Source: Tubiluchus corallicola
Lineage: Eukaryota > Animalia > Priapulida
DNA length: 64,000 nucleotides
Direction of reading: 5' to 3'
NCBI GenBank assembly: GCA_030141605.1
Contig: JAQGDQ010001071.1
Span: 1,135 to 65,134, forward strand
Shown: positions 63,664 to 64,000 of the stretch, piece after piece
Layout: each line of letters starts with the position of its first letter
How positions within the stretch are numbered: position 1 is the stretch's first letter
Notes under the pieces: generated by a model
Seen by the model: the letters and a program-made list of their open reading frames with translations, nothing else
What the model was told of the DNA's origin: nothing
Database searches by the model: none
Made by a program: the position numbers and the translations under genes

Positions 63664-64000
63664 AAATTGTAATGCCTAAAAACCTATAATATTATGAGAA
63701 TGTGGTGCATATTACACCTGTTCGTCTGCTTCACGGCCTACAGGTGTAAAAACAAAGAATACGGGCCGAGAAGCCCAGTAGTGCAAATGTATCAGTATTA
63801 TACAGAATGCACGTCATAATTTGACGATTCCAACCTGGCCTTTCTGTCTGTAAAGGTGAATGCTGTAGGTTTGCTAATTTTTATACAAAAGTCTGTTCAC
63901 ATGTCATGGAGCTACTGGTTGTGCATTAAAGTTTATTTTACATTCGTATTCTTTTTACTTTTCTCGTCTGCTGTAAAGTATTTTATAGCTTGTATGCCGC

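Overview
This is AT-rich eukaryotic DNA, probably from an invertebrate animal, with spliceosomal GT-AG introns. It is not prokaryotic, and most ORF-track entries are translated tandem repeats. Two convergent protein-coding genes could be assembled exon by exon. (1) On +, the 3' half of an SLC24/NCKX-type K+-dependent Na+/Ca2+ exchanger: six well-supported exons at 8567-37353 carry the alpha-2 signature GTSVPD...[16 protein letters not shown], and the 5' part lies upstream of the window. (2) On -, a complete RSRC1-like Ser/Arg-rich splicing-factor gene: nine coding exons at 60621-45424 give 409 aa, with a probable non-coding first exon near 62230. The rest is a mosaic of MITEs (TTAA, TA, 8-bp and 6-bp target-site classes), decayed LINEs, tRNA- and 5S-derived retroposons, and about 25 mini/microsatellites. 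No CRISPR array, intact transposase or reverse transcriptase, or clearly new multi-gene system can be supported. The most unusual observations are a microexon splice donor amplified about 13-fold, a poly(A) signal amplified 7-fold in the same gene, a frame-preserving partial duplicate of the NCKX alpha-2 exon, a covarying RNA hairpin shared by several LINE 3' UTRs, and an interrupted 5S retrocopy. All coordinates were read by eye; repeat edges are approximate.
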